This document shows positions 26,347-37,667 of a DNA stretch of 64,000 nucleotides, piece by piece. The stretch comes from Octopus sinensis. Taxonomy: Eukaryota. The first letter of the stretch is position 1. Each line of letters begins with the position of its first letter. Below the pieces are notes generated by a model. That model saw nothing but the letters and a program-made list of their open reading frames with translations, had not been told where the DNA came from and ran no database searches. The stretch is from NCBI RefSeq assembly GCF_006345805.1, contig NC_043025.1, positions 9,796,001-9,860,000 of the forward strand, written 5' to 3'. The position numbers and the translations under genes are program-made.

Positions 26347-26804
26347 GTTTGTAAATATCTTACAGAAAGTATTATTGCTTTATTTTGACACATTCTACCA
26401 GTATACGAAGTTAACTAGAAATTGTTTGCCGTTCAAAAGGAAAAGATCCAAAAAGTATTTACTTTGTGTAAAAAAAATATGGCAATCTTTCGTCTCTAGT
26501 AGACCTTTCCGTCGATTTCCGTAAAAAACTTTTTTGTTTTTTACATATGGGCTTGCAGGAACTTTTGAAGTAATGAGAGCGAAAGAGACTAAGAGAAAGG
26601 ATACGCTGAGGTTGCTGCAAAGGCGAGCAAAACGGTTTGTAAATATCTTACAGAAAGTATTTTACAAATGCAGTCCGGTACTATTTAAGAAGAGTGGTCC
26701 CGGTGCGCGCACTCGCGTAGACGCGCATCCGCTAGAGCTAGTCGTGACTAATCGATCCTTACTTTCTGTTTTTTGTGTTTTATTTACTTTGTTTAAAAAA
26801 ATTG

Positions 26805-27095
26805 CCTTGTGAGTGGATTTGGTAGACGGAAACTGAAAGAAGCCCATCGTATATATGTATATGTATATATGCGTGTGTGTGTTTGTGTGTCTGTGTTTGT
26901 CCCCCCTAGCATTGCTTGACAACCGATGCTGGTGTGTTTACGTCCCCCCATTAGCGGTTCGGCAAAAGAGACCGATAGAATAAGTACTGGGCTTACAAAG
27001 AATAAGTCCCAGGGTCGATTTGCTCGACTAAAGGCGGTGCTCCAGCATGGCCACACTCAAATGACTGAAACAAGTAAAAGAGTAAAAGAGTAAAA
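26805..27095 (+). mobile_element. Headless SINE family A copy in copy A intron
   Basis: Body and tail match; no corresponding copy seen in the copy B intron. Confidence 0.75.
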
Positions 27096-27614
27096 AAGAG
27101 TAATTAATAAAAAAAAATTTAGGGTTAGGGTTAGGGAGGAGGTTTAGGGTTAGTTACAGGATGTTGTCTCAGTTTTAGACGCAGCAAACGATTTTAGCTC
27201 AAAAGAGAGCATAGGGTTGGTTAAAATTCGAAAAATTAAACAACGTTAAACAAACAAATTACAATTTTCTCAAGAAAGCCAAGAGAAAAAAATGTTTTTA
27301 TTTTCACACATTCTACCAGTATACGAAGTTTTAAAGTGTTTAGTTAACTAGAAATTGTCTGCCGTTCAAAAGGAAAAGATCCAAAAGGTATTTACTTTGT
27401 GTAAAAAAATATTTATTTTGTGTTTTATTTACTTTGCTAGGTAGTCGTGGTAAGATCGTCTAGTCACGACTAGCTAGCGCGAGTGCGCGCACCGGCGCCA
27501 TTCTTTTTAAGTAGTAGCTGCACTCCTTTGATATAAAACAAACATTAATATATTATGATAATAAGCTTTGTTCTTGCATACATTAATTTATTACTGGATA
27601 AGTACGACTTATAT

Positions 27615-27615
27615 G

Positions 27616-27646
<31 letters not shown>

Positions 27647-28503
27647 ACTCATCCAACATGCTAGAAACAGCAGCTATGTTCCTCATCAATACATAAATTT
27701 CATTATCAAAAATCCATTTAAAGGAAACTACAGGCTATTTTAAAGAAAACCTGAAAAAAAAACGGGATGGTCATGGATGGTTATTGGTCTGCTCGACTTG
27801 CGACAGACTCGTCTAAACACAAATGTCTGTCGATCTGCAAAATAAATCAAATCACCACTTGGAAAGGATCAGTAAATCTATTGTTGTTGTTACACACACA
27901 TATATATATATAGAAGCACTGCTCTGATCATATATATATATATATATTTTAGAGGGAAACCACTATGTGGACACCCTTATGCTAGAAATAGATCCGCTAT
28001 GGTCTTACCACTAAGAAATGTTCTCAAGAAAAATTTATATAGAAGCGCTGCTCTGGTCATATATATATATTATATATATATGTGTGTGTGTGTACTCATC
28101 CAACATGCTAGAAACAGCAGCTATGTTCCTCATCAATACATAAATTTCATTATCAAAAATCCATTTAAAGGAAACTACAGGCTATTTTAAAGAAAACCTG
28201 AAAAAAAAACGGGATGGTCATGGATGGTTATTGGTCTGCTCGACTTGCGACAGACTCGTCTAAACACAAATGTCTGTCGATCTGCAAAATAAATCAAATC
28301 ACCACTTGGAAAGGATCAGTAAATCTATTGTTGTTGTTACACACACATATATATATATAGAAGCACTGCTCTGATCATATATATATATATATATTTTAGA
28401 GGGAAACCACTATGTGGACACCCTTATGCTAGAAATAGATCCGCTATGGTCTTACCACTAAGAAATGTTCTCAAGAAAAATTTATATAGAAGCGCTGCTC
28501 TGG

Positions 28504-28508
<5 letters not shown>
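27615..28508 (+). repeat. Direct tandem duplication, 2 x 447 bp, in copy A intron
   Basis: Near-identical units; single copy in the copy B intron (about 49430-49880). Confidence 0.85.
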
Positions 28509-28540
<32 letters not shown>

Positions 28541-28545
<5 letters not shown>

Positions 28546-29052
28546 TTAGAGACAAAACCACTATTTTGCAAAACAAACAAGGAAAGACTTAATCAATACA
28601 TTAGAAGGTATAGGAATATCTTTCAAAGATGAATCCCAAAATAGCGGTTCTATCTTACCTGTAAATTCCATAATTTACGAAATTGAGGTATTACACTCAA
28701 TATACAAAATTATAAATATTAAATAATAATAAATATTAGGGAATAAATCCAAATTTACAGGGAAAAAATCAGATTTAGGATTAAATCCAATCTTATAGTA
28801 AAATATTATATAATATTAATTAGAGACAAAACCACTATTTTGCAAAACAAACAAGGAAAGACTTAATCAATACATTAGAAGGTATAGGAATATCTTTCAA
28901 AGATGAATCCCAAAATAGCGGTTCTATCTTACCTGTAAATTCCATAATTTACGAAATTGAGGTATTACACTCAATATACAAAATTATAAATATTAAATAA
29001 TAATAAATATTAGGGAATAAATCCAAATTTACAGGGAAAAAATCAGATTTAG
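28541..29052 (+). repeat. Direct tandem duplication, about 2 x 274 bp
   Basis: attaattagagacaaaacc at 28541 and 28815. Confidence 0.85.
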
Positions 29053-29152
29053 AAAATGGAGAAACATACTTAAATCAATCAAACATCAACCATCAGATAA
29101 TACCCAATCAATACTTTATTACACCATTACATAACAGCAAAGACATTATACA

Positions 29153-29183
<31 letters not shown>

Positions 29184-29298
29184 CAGTAGAATCTCGGTTT
29201 TCGAACGACTCTGATTACGAAGAAATCATACTTTATATATATCTATATCTAAAGCCCGATTTATTCGCGATCAGAGTTCGAAAAGCGAGGTACTACTG
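29184..29298. mobile_element. Tigger/pogo-like MITE (115 bp)
   Basis: TA|CAGTAGAATCTCGGTTTTCGAAC ... GTTCGAAAAGCGAGGTACTACTG. Confidence 0.6.
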
Positions 29299-29824
29299 TG
29301 TATGTATATATATATGTGTGTGTGTATGTATGTTATAGAAAATATGGGCTATTTACGAGTGCTCTTAGAGAGTCAATGGGAAAAAATACAGGACAGAGGA
29401 CATTCTTTTCTACTCTGGGCACAAGGCCCGAAATTTTGGGGGAGAGGGCAAGTCGATTAGATCGACTCCAGTTCGCAACTGGTACTTAATTTATCGACCC
29501 CGAAAGGATGAAAGGCAAAGTCGACCCCGGCGGAATTTGAACTCAGAACATATAAACAGACGAAATACCTATTTCTTTACTACCCACTAGGGGCCAAACA
29601 CAGAGGGGACAAACATACGGATTAAGCCGATTAAATCGACCCCAGTGCGTAACTGGTACTTAATTTATCGACCCCGAAAGGATGAAAGCAAAGTCGACCT
29701 CGGCGGAATTTGAACTCAGAACGTAACGGCAGACGAAATATCGCTAAGCATTTCACCTGGTGTTCTAACGATTCTGCCACCTTGCCTTATATTGACAAAT
29801 GCTTGTAGAATATGAGAGTGGTAC

Positions 29825-30255
29825 TCTTTTACTCTTTTACTTGTTTCAGTCATTTGAATGCGGCCATGCTGGAGCACCGCCTTTAGTCGATCAAATCGAC
29901 CCCGGGACTTATTCTTTGTAAGCCCAGTACTTATTCTATCGGTCTCTTTTTGCCGAACTGCTAAGTGACGGGGACGTAAACACACCAGCATCGGTTGTCA
30001 AGCAATGCTAGGGGGACAAACACAGACACACAACCCTCCCCCCACATATATATATACATATATACGACAGGCTTCTTTCAGTTTCCGTCTACCAAATCCA
30101 CTCACAATGCATTGGTCGGCCCGGGGCTATAGCAGAAGACACTTGCCCAAGATGCCAGGCAGTGGGACTGAACCCGGAACCATGTGGTTGGTAAGCAAGC
30201 TACTTACCACACAGCCACTCCTGTGCCTATACGACAGGCTTCTTTCAGTTTCCGT
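29825..30255 (-). mobile_element. SINE family A copy in copy A intron
   Basis: Reverse-complement match to the family. Confidence 0.78.
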
Positions 30256-30564
30256 CTATTCATATTGTATGGTATTCATATTGTACAAGCATTTATCAAT
30301 ATAATCCAAAGGCAGTGAGCTGGCAGAATCGTTAGCGAACCTTCAGCATTCCTGGCTTTAAGGGAACCCGGAAAGGCCTACCTGGAGGTTCAATCTTCCA
30401 ATTCCTTTTACAGAACTTTGAAAAACTGAAAGCCCGCTGCAATATGGGTGTGAAATATGTGTATGAATCTAAGAGGGAAATATGTTGAAAAAAATCATAA
30501 TTAATTGATTCTCCTGTATTTTTATCAGGAACTTTTCAGCACCCCCTTGTGTAAATATATATAC

Positions 30565-30671
30565 ATGTGTATGTATGTATGTATGTATGTATGTATGTAT
30601 GTATGTATGTATGTATGTATGTGTATGTATGTATGTTTGTATGTATGTATGTTTGTATGTATGTATGTATG

Positions 30672-30704
<33 letters not shown>

Positions 30705-31875
30705 TTGTATGTATGTATGTATGTATGTATGTATGTATGTATGTATGTATGTATGTATGTTGTATGTATGTATGTTTGTATGTATGTATGTATGTATGTA
30801 TGTATGTATGTATGTATGTATGTATGTTTGTATGTATGTATGTATGTATGTATGTATGTATGTATGTATGTATGTATGTTTGTATGTATGTATGTTTCTA
30901 TGTATGTATGTATGTATGTATGTATGTGTGTATGTATGTATGTATGTTTGTATGTATGTATGTTTGTATGTATGTATGTTTGTATGTATGTATTTTGTAT
31001 GTATGTATGTATGTATGTATGTATGTATGCATGTATGTATGTATGTATGTTTGTATGTATGTATGTATGTATGTATGTATGTATGTATGTATGTATGTAT
31101 GTATGTATGTATGTATGTATGTATGTATGTATGTATGTATGTATGTTTGTATGTATGTATGTTTGTATGTATGTATGTATGTATGTATGTATGTATGTAT
31201 GTATGTATGTATGTTTGTATGTATGTATGTTTGTATGAATGTATAAATGTATGTTTGTATGTATGTATGTATATATGTATGCATGAATGTATGTATGTAT
31301 ACATGTATGTATGTATGAATGTATGTATGTATGTATGTATGTATGTATGTATGTATATATGTATGCATGAATGTATGTATGTATGTATGTATGTATGTAT
31401 GTATGTATGTATGTATGTATGTATGTTTGTATGTATGTATGTTTGTATGTATGTATGTTTGTATGTATGTATGTATGTATGTATGTATGTATGTATGTAT
31501 GTATGTTTGTATGTATGTATGTTTGTATGTATGTATGTATGTTGTATGTATGTATGTATGTATGTTTGTATGTATGTATGTTTGTATGAATGTATAAATG
31601 TATGTTTGTATGTATGTATGTATATATGTATGCATGAATGTATGTATGAATACATGTATGTATGTATGAATGTATAAATGTATGTTTGTATGTATGTATG
31701 TATATATGTATGCATGAATGTATGTATGTATACATGTATGTATGTATGTATGTATGTATGTATGTATGTATGCATGAATGTATGTATGTATGTATGTATG
31801 TATGTATGTATGTATGTATGTATGTATGTATGCATGTATGTATGTATGCATGTATGTATGTATGTATGTATGTAT
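30565..31875 (+). repeat. (TATG)n microsatellite, about 1.3 kb
   Basis: Interrupted TATG array; source of the MYVC/HTYI ORFs. Confidence 0.97.
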
Positions 31876-31913
31876 TTTTGTTATTGATATGAATATTGCA
31901 TTTATATTTTCAG

Positions 31914-33263
31914 GGTGTGGATATTTTGGTATTTCCTGAAAACGGCCTTATTGCACATTTGGACAATATCACTCGCCTTAGTATTAGGAGCTTTCTCGAT
32001 CTTATACCAGAGCCTAACAAAGAGAAACCCTGGATTCCATGTAATGAACCTTATCTCTATCCAAGAACAGAAATTCAGCAAGTTATTAGCTGCATTGCCA
32101 AAATAAACAGGATTTATCTTGTAGTCAATGTCGGAGACATACAACCCTGCAATCGTTTAGAAGATGCAGACTGCCCTAAAGATGGACTATACCAATACAA
32201 CACAAATGTTGTGTATTCATCTGAAGGGGCCCTTGTTTCCAGATATCACAAAAAACATCTTTTGTTTGAGTACCATTACAACTCCCCCAAGATTGCAGAA
32301 TATGGAGTGTTTGATACCCCATTTGGCCGTTTTGCAAGCATCACAGGTTATGATATATACTTCAATGACACGCTAAATGAATTAGTAACGAAACATCAAG
32401 TTTCAAATATTCTTTTTCCAAATCAATGGCTTGACTTTCCTCCTTTCTATCTCTCATCCTTATTCCACAATTCAATTGCTAAAGCCTTTAATATAAACCT
32501 TATTTCTGCGAATATCAGAAAAGAGAACGGATATTACGCACGAGGCGGAAGCGGAATTTACACACCCTCAATAAATCGTTATGTATATAAACCCTTCAAC
32601 CCTGCTCCTCCAGATGAATATATTCAGTTACAAGTTAAAAATCTTGAAAAGTCAGAAAGAAAATTTCTTTTGCCGCCAAAACGTAAAGTTCCCAAATCAG
32701 ACAACCCCGATGTTAGAACAAAACGCATGGCATTATTTTTTAATGTATCTGCTGTGATGCTTCAGAAGGATTCGGGCGTTGTTAGTGTGTGTAAATATAA
32801 TGCATGTTGTTCGCTTCAGTATGAATTCATGTCTAAAAGAAATTCAGCGTTTAATATCAATTATATTTTAGCAATCAGAAACGAGGAATTTGTTGATGCT
32901 TTTGCCATGCAATCATGCATTTTATGTCCAATCAAAGATGACAAAATATCATGTCTGATGTCTTTACCGGCCGGTATCCCCGATGGAGATGTTAGCTTTC
33001 GCAAACTAAAGATGACGGCTCATAATTTTAATACTTCTTATTTTTTCCCCCATATTGCGACATTCAATTCAAGTACTTACGATATCAATACATCTTGGGA
33101 GCATGACAGAGGAGAAATAGAAATTACAGAACCTGTTAAAAAGGTTTTTAACGCTGTTATATTCGGAAGATTGTATCCCAATTCAGCTACAGCCACATTC
33201 GCAATATTTCCAGCCATTCTATTGATCTTGTTAAATTTAATATCGAAGGAACTTCTTGTTTAA
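31914..33263 (+). CDS. Vanin/biotinidase-like gene copy A, coding exon 2 (449 aa); catalytic Cys replaced by Gly; C-terminal GPI-type signal
   Basis: Acceptor tttatattttcag|GGT at 31913/31914. Motifs VFPE (Glu), YHKKHL (Lys), SITGYD in place of xCFD, GGSGIY, FGRLY, then a hydrophobic tail. Uninterrupted ORF; about 516 aa spliced. Confidence 0.92.
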   Translation, partial: GVDILVFPENGLIAHLDNITRLSIRSFLDLIPEPNKEKPWIPCNEPYLYPRTEIQQVISCIAKINRIYLVVNVGDIQPCNRLEDADCPKDGLYQYNTNVVYSSEGALVSRYHKKHLLFEYHYNSPKIAEYGVFDTPFGRFASITGYDIYFNDTLNELVTKHQVSNILFPNQWLDFPPFYLSSLFHNSIAKAFNINLISANIRKENGYYARGGSGIYTPSINRYVYKPFNPAPPDEYIQLQVKNLEKSERKFLLPPKRKVPKSDNPDVRTKRMALFFNVSAVMLQKDSGVVSVCKYNACCSLQYEFMSKRNSAFNINYILAIRNEEFVDAFAMQSCILCPIKDDKISCLMSLPAGIPDGDVSFRKLKMTAHNFNTSYFFPHIATFNSSTYDINTSWEHDRGEIEITEPVKKVFNAVIFGRLYPNSATATFAIFPAILLILLNLISKELLV

Positions 33264-33415
33264 GATATTCCCCCTTTCTTGTCCTCCTCGCGCTCAACTG
33301 CACTTTTGTGGAACTTCCTTGAAGCCGGTTTTATTATCCTCATCTCCTGACCTTCAACACAAAACAAATCTTATGTACATGACACGGGTTATCAGTAACA
33401 TTCGACTTCGGAAAA

Positions 33416-33992
33416 TCTCTCTCTATATATAAACGGCTGTTTGTCTGTGTGTGTGTCAGGTTGTACCCTCACCCTGACTACGGCTTTCAACCGTTCCCCC
33501 AGTTCTGAAGAAAATCGATAAATTCGACGTGGGGTCGAGAATAAGAAACACAAACCACAGACTGTCTAGGGGACGCAACTCGACCTTTTTAACTCTCAAA
33601 AAAAATCTCTCTATATATAAACGGAAGTTTGTCTGTCTGCGTGTCTGTGTGTGTGTCAGGTTGTACCCTCACCCTGACCACGGCTTTCAACCGATTCTGA
33701 TGAAACTTGACACACACATAGCCCAATGTCATAATTCAAAACTAACGCATCGAAAATTTTGAAAAGTTCCCCCAGTTCTGAAAAAAATCGATAAATTCGA
33801 CATGGGGGTCGAGAATCAGAAACACAAACCACAGACTGTCATGGGGACGCAACTCGACCTTTTTAACTCTCAAAAAAAAAATTTACCATCATTTTTTTCC
33901 CATTTTTTTGCTATTTTTTGGCTATAACTATCTAAAAATGCTTTATAGTTATTTCCCTTACAAACCCGAGCAACGCCGGGTGATACTGCTAG
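33416..33992 (+). mobile_element. Non-autonomous Helitron with duplicated 5' segment (site shared with right arm)
   Basis: A|TCTCTCTC...CTAG|T, with a second 5' start at 33606; same flanks as 44499-44885. Confidence 0.78.
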
Positions 33993-34286
33993 TAGTAAAT
34001 AAAGACTAATTATGATTACGTATAAAGCATTTAATTGATATCACATGGTTATTGCCCCTCCATCATATTTCGAAAAGTATGAAAACGTTATGGACACTGT
34101 CTCCAAATTCACTGACTAAATCATATCAAAATGATACGTTAAAAATAAGAAACGTCATTTGTTTTATTCATTAATCAATAAAATCCATATTCTCTTAATC
34201 ATACTTGTTGTTGATTTTTTTAATATTCAATGTTAAAACAATTTTCAAATAATTCAATTATGGTAATATTTTCAAGTGACTAGGGT

Positions 34287-35365
34287 GGCGAGCTGGCAGA
34301 GACGTTAGCACGCCGGGCGAAACGCTTAGCGGTATTTCGTCTGCCGTTACGTTCTGAGTTCAAATTCTGCCAAGGACCACTTTGCCTTTCATCCTTTTGG
34401 GGTCGATAAATTGAGTACCAGTTACGCGCTAGGATCGATATAATCGACTTAATCCGTTTGGCTGTCCTTGTTTCTCCTCTCTGTGTTTAGCCCCTTGTGG
34501 GTAGTAAAGAAATAGGTATTTCGTCTGCCGCTACGTTCTAAGTTCAAATTCCGCCGAGGACCACTTTGCCTTTCATCCTTTTGGGGTTGATAAATTAAGT
34601 ACCAGTTATGCACTAGGGTCGATATAATCGACTTATTCCGTTTGGCTGTCCTTGTTTGTCCTCTCTGTGTTTAGCCCCTTGTGGGTAGTAAAGAAATAGG
34701 TACTTCGTCTGCCGTTACGTTCTGAGTTCAAATTCCGCCGAGGACCACTTTGCCTCTCATCCTTTTGGGGTTGATAAATTAAGTACCAGTTACGCGCTAG
34801 GATCAATATAATCGACTTAATCCGTTTGGCTGTCCTTGTTTGTCTCCTCTGTGTTGAGCCCCTTGTGGGTAGTAAATAAATAGGTATTTCGTCTGTCTGT
34901 ATGTTCTGAATTGAAATTATGCTGTTGTCAACTTTGCCTTTCATCCTTTTGGGGTTGATAAATTAAGTACCAGTTATGCACTAGGGTCGATATAATCGAC
35001 TTATTCCGTTTGGCTGTCCTTGTTTGTCCTCTCTGTGTTTAGCCCCTTGTGGGTAGTAAAGAAATAGGTACTTCGTCTGCCGTTACGTTCTGAGTTCAAA
35101 TTCCGCCGAGGACCACTTTGCCTCTCATCCTTTTGGGGTTGATAAATTAAGTACCAGTTACGTACTCGGGTCGATATAATCGACTTAATCCGTTTGGCTG
35201 TCCTTGTTTGTCCCCTCTGTGTTTAGCCCCTTGTGGGTAGTATATAAATAGGTATTTCGTCTGTCTGTATGTTCTGAATTGAAATTCCACTGTCGTCAAC
35301 TTTGTCTTTCATCCTTTCGGGGTCGATAAATTAAGTACCAGGGAAATACTGGGGTCAATGTAATC
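34287..35365 (+). repeat. Tandem array (5 full units plus a partial, about 184 bp each) of SINE family B with one head
   Basis: Head ggcgagctggcagagacgttagcacgccggg followed by repeated body units. Confidence 0.85.
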
Positions 35366-35489
35366 GACTTACTCCACCTTACAAAATTTCAGACCTTGTT
35401 CCTATAGCAGAAAGGATCATTATTATTGTTATTTTTATTATTATTATTATTATTTTATTATTATTATTATTATTTTATTATTATTATTA

Positions 35490-35990
35490 TTATTATTATT
35501 GAGTGAGAGAGCAGTGCATGCCATCAAAGTGACAAAAGTAAAATATACAAAGCTCAGTATACCCATCGTGAATACCCGTCTGATAAGGGTACACCAGGCA
35601 CATGCATCACAACCATATGTGCGCGACATGGTGATCTCATATCAAGATAAACAGCACATGACCTTGCAGGTGGGGCCCAGTTAGAATTTTCTTCTGGTCG
35701 AGTGGCCCATCCCGCTGAAAAGGTCTCTGAATAAGGGTTGTTTCCAGAGGTGAATTATTCAAACCTCAAAGAATCGCTCTCAACACATGTCTATGATGCT
35801 CCCCCACTACTTCTGCTCGTGATCAGAGATGCACATATCGTCAGCCACTAAGGGACATTCTCAACTGGTTATGGTCAAACAACTGACAAGCAAATCTGTG
35901 GTATTGAGCAGAATATTTGCTTTGGCCCATCTTTTATACCAAGACAAAACAATATAAATGATAACACTTCCAATCTGTTAAGATCAGAAG
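35490..35990 (+). mobile_element. Interspersed repeat family D
   Basis: (ATT)n-gagtgagagagcagtgcatgccatcaaagtgac... family match. Confidence 0.72.
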
Positions 35991-36009
35991 CCACGAGAGC
36001 CACTGCCTG

Positions 36010-36013
36010 GTGC

Positions 36014-36067
<54 letters not shown>

Positions 36068-36226
36068 GAGTTCAAATTCCGCCGAGATCGACTTTGCCTT
36101 TCATTCTTTCGGGGTCGATTAAATAAGTACCAGTTAAGCACTGGCGTCGATGTAATCGACTTAATCTCCTTATATGTCCTTGTTTGTCCCCTCTATGTTT
36201 AGCCCCCTGTGGACAATAACGAAAAA

Positions 36227-36274
<48 letters not shown>

Positions 36275-36359
36275 CATTATTATCATTATTATTATTATTA
36301 TTATTATTATATCATTATCATATTTATTATTATCATTATCATTATTATTATCAATTATT

Positions 36360-36390
<31 letters not shown>

Positions 36391-36465
36391 TATTATTATT
36401 ATTATATTATTATTATTATATTATTATTATTATATTATCATTAGTATTATTATTATTATTATTAT
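36010..36465. repeat. (ATT)n arrays flanking a SINE B fragment
   Basis: Direct inspection. Confidence 0.9.
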
Positions 36466-36620
36466 AACCCCTATCTGTAATTTTAATGAAATTCGAAACA
36501 TAGATATTCCAGTTCATTACAGAAAATATAACAGAAAAGTCTAATTCTTCAACTGCATGTAACACGGGCAACGCCGGGTATCTCTGTTAGTATTTTATAA
36601 AAGTGAAACTGTTCTCAGTT

Positions 36621-37478
36621 TGTGGAGGCGCAATGGCCCAGTGGTTAGGGCAGCGGACTCACGGTCGTAGGATCGCGGTTTCGATTCCCAGACCGGGCAT
36701 TGTGAGTGTTTATTGAGCGAAAACACCTAAAAAGCTCCACGAGGCTCCGGCAGGGGATGGTGGTGATCCTGCTGTACTCTTTCACCACCAAACTTTCTCT
36801 CACTCTTCTTCCTGTTTCTGTTGTACCTGTATTTCAAAGGGCCGGCCTTGTCACTCTCTGTGTCACGCTGAATCTCCTCAAGAGCTATGTTAAGGGTACT
36901 CTTGTCTGTGGAGTGCTCAGCCACTTGCACGTTAATTCCACGAGCAGGCTGTTCCGTTGATTCGGATCAACCGGAACCCTCGTCATCGTAACTGACGGAG
37001 TGCTCCTATGTGTAGTACCTGTATTCCAAAAGGCCAGCCTTGTCGCATTCAGGGGTTGCGAGTCTGTGGAGTGCTCAGCCACTTGCACGTTAATTCCACG
37101 AGCAGGCTGTTCCGTTGATTCGGATCAACCGGAACCCTCGTCATCGTAACTGACGGAGTGCTCCTATGGTAGTACCTGTATTCCAAAGGGCAGCCTTGTC
37201 GCATTCAGGGGTTGCGAGTCTGTGGAGTGCTCAGCCACTTGCACGTTAATTCCACGAGCAGGCTGTTCCGTTGATCGGATCAACGGAACCCTCGTCATCG
37301 TAACTGACGGAGTGCTCCTATGTGTAGTACCTGTATTCCAAAAGGCCAGCCTTGTCGCATTCAGGGGTTGCGAGTCTGTGGAGTGCTCAGCCACTTGCAC
37401 GTTAATTCCACGAGCAGGCTGTTCCGTTGATTCGGATCAACCGGAACCCTCATCGTCGGAACCTGACGGAGTGCTCCT
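36621..37478 (+). mobile_element. SINE family C with 3' tail repeated four times (about 157-bp unit)
   Basis: gtctgtggagtgctcagcc at 36904, 37062, 37218 and 37374. Confidence 0.85.
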
Positions 37479-37667
37479 ATATATTCTCCGTTTGCCAAAC
37501 TGGGAAAGAACAAAGAAAGAATCAAGAGATTTTTTTTAAGGAAAGGAGAAAAAAAACGAAATTTTACATGGAATCACAGGCATGACTGTGTGGTTTGGAA
37601 GTTTGCTTTACAACCACATGGTTTCAAGTTCAGTCCCACTACATGGCACCTTAAACAAATTATTTTT

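Larger units (their letters stand above)
25861..34266 (+). repeat. Left arm of inverted segmental duplication carrying vanin-like copy A
   Basis: Promoter, exons, parts of the intron and the 3' flank match the reverse complement of about 43828-51132. Confidence 0.85.

Noticed and set aside
28656-28690. Hammerhead-like remnant tacct-gtaaatt(ccat)aatttac-GAAA-ttg-aggta, sense to copy A and duplicated at about 28930
   Set aside because: The CUGANGA core is absent and there is no NUH triplet, so it cannot be active.
30505-31892. Long ORFs of MYVC / HTYI repeats (up to 436 aa)
   Set aside because: Translation of the (TATG)n microsatellite, which has no stops in several frames; intronic.
31896-31913. 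MHLYFQ N-terminus of the 455-aa ORF (and of the 458-aa ORF at 46414)
   Set aside because: TTG start lying in the intron acceptor region; the true N-terminus comes from exon 1.
36540-36590. Helitron-like 3' hairpin ending TTAG
   Set aside because: No CTRR end and no recognisable 5' end; at most a remnant.
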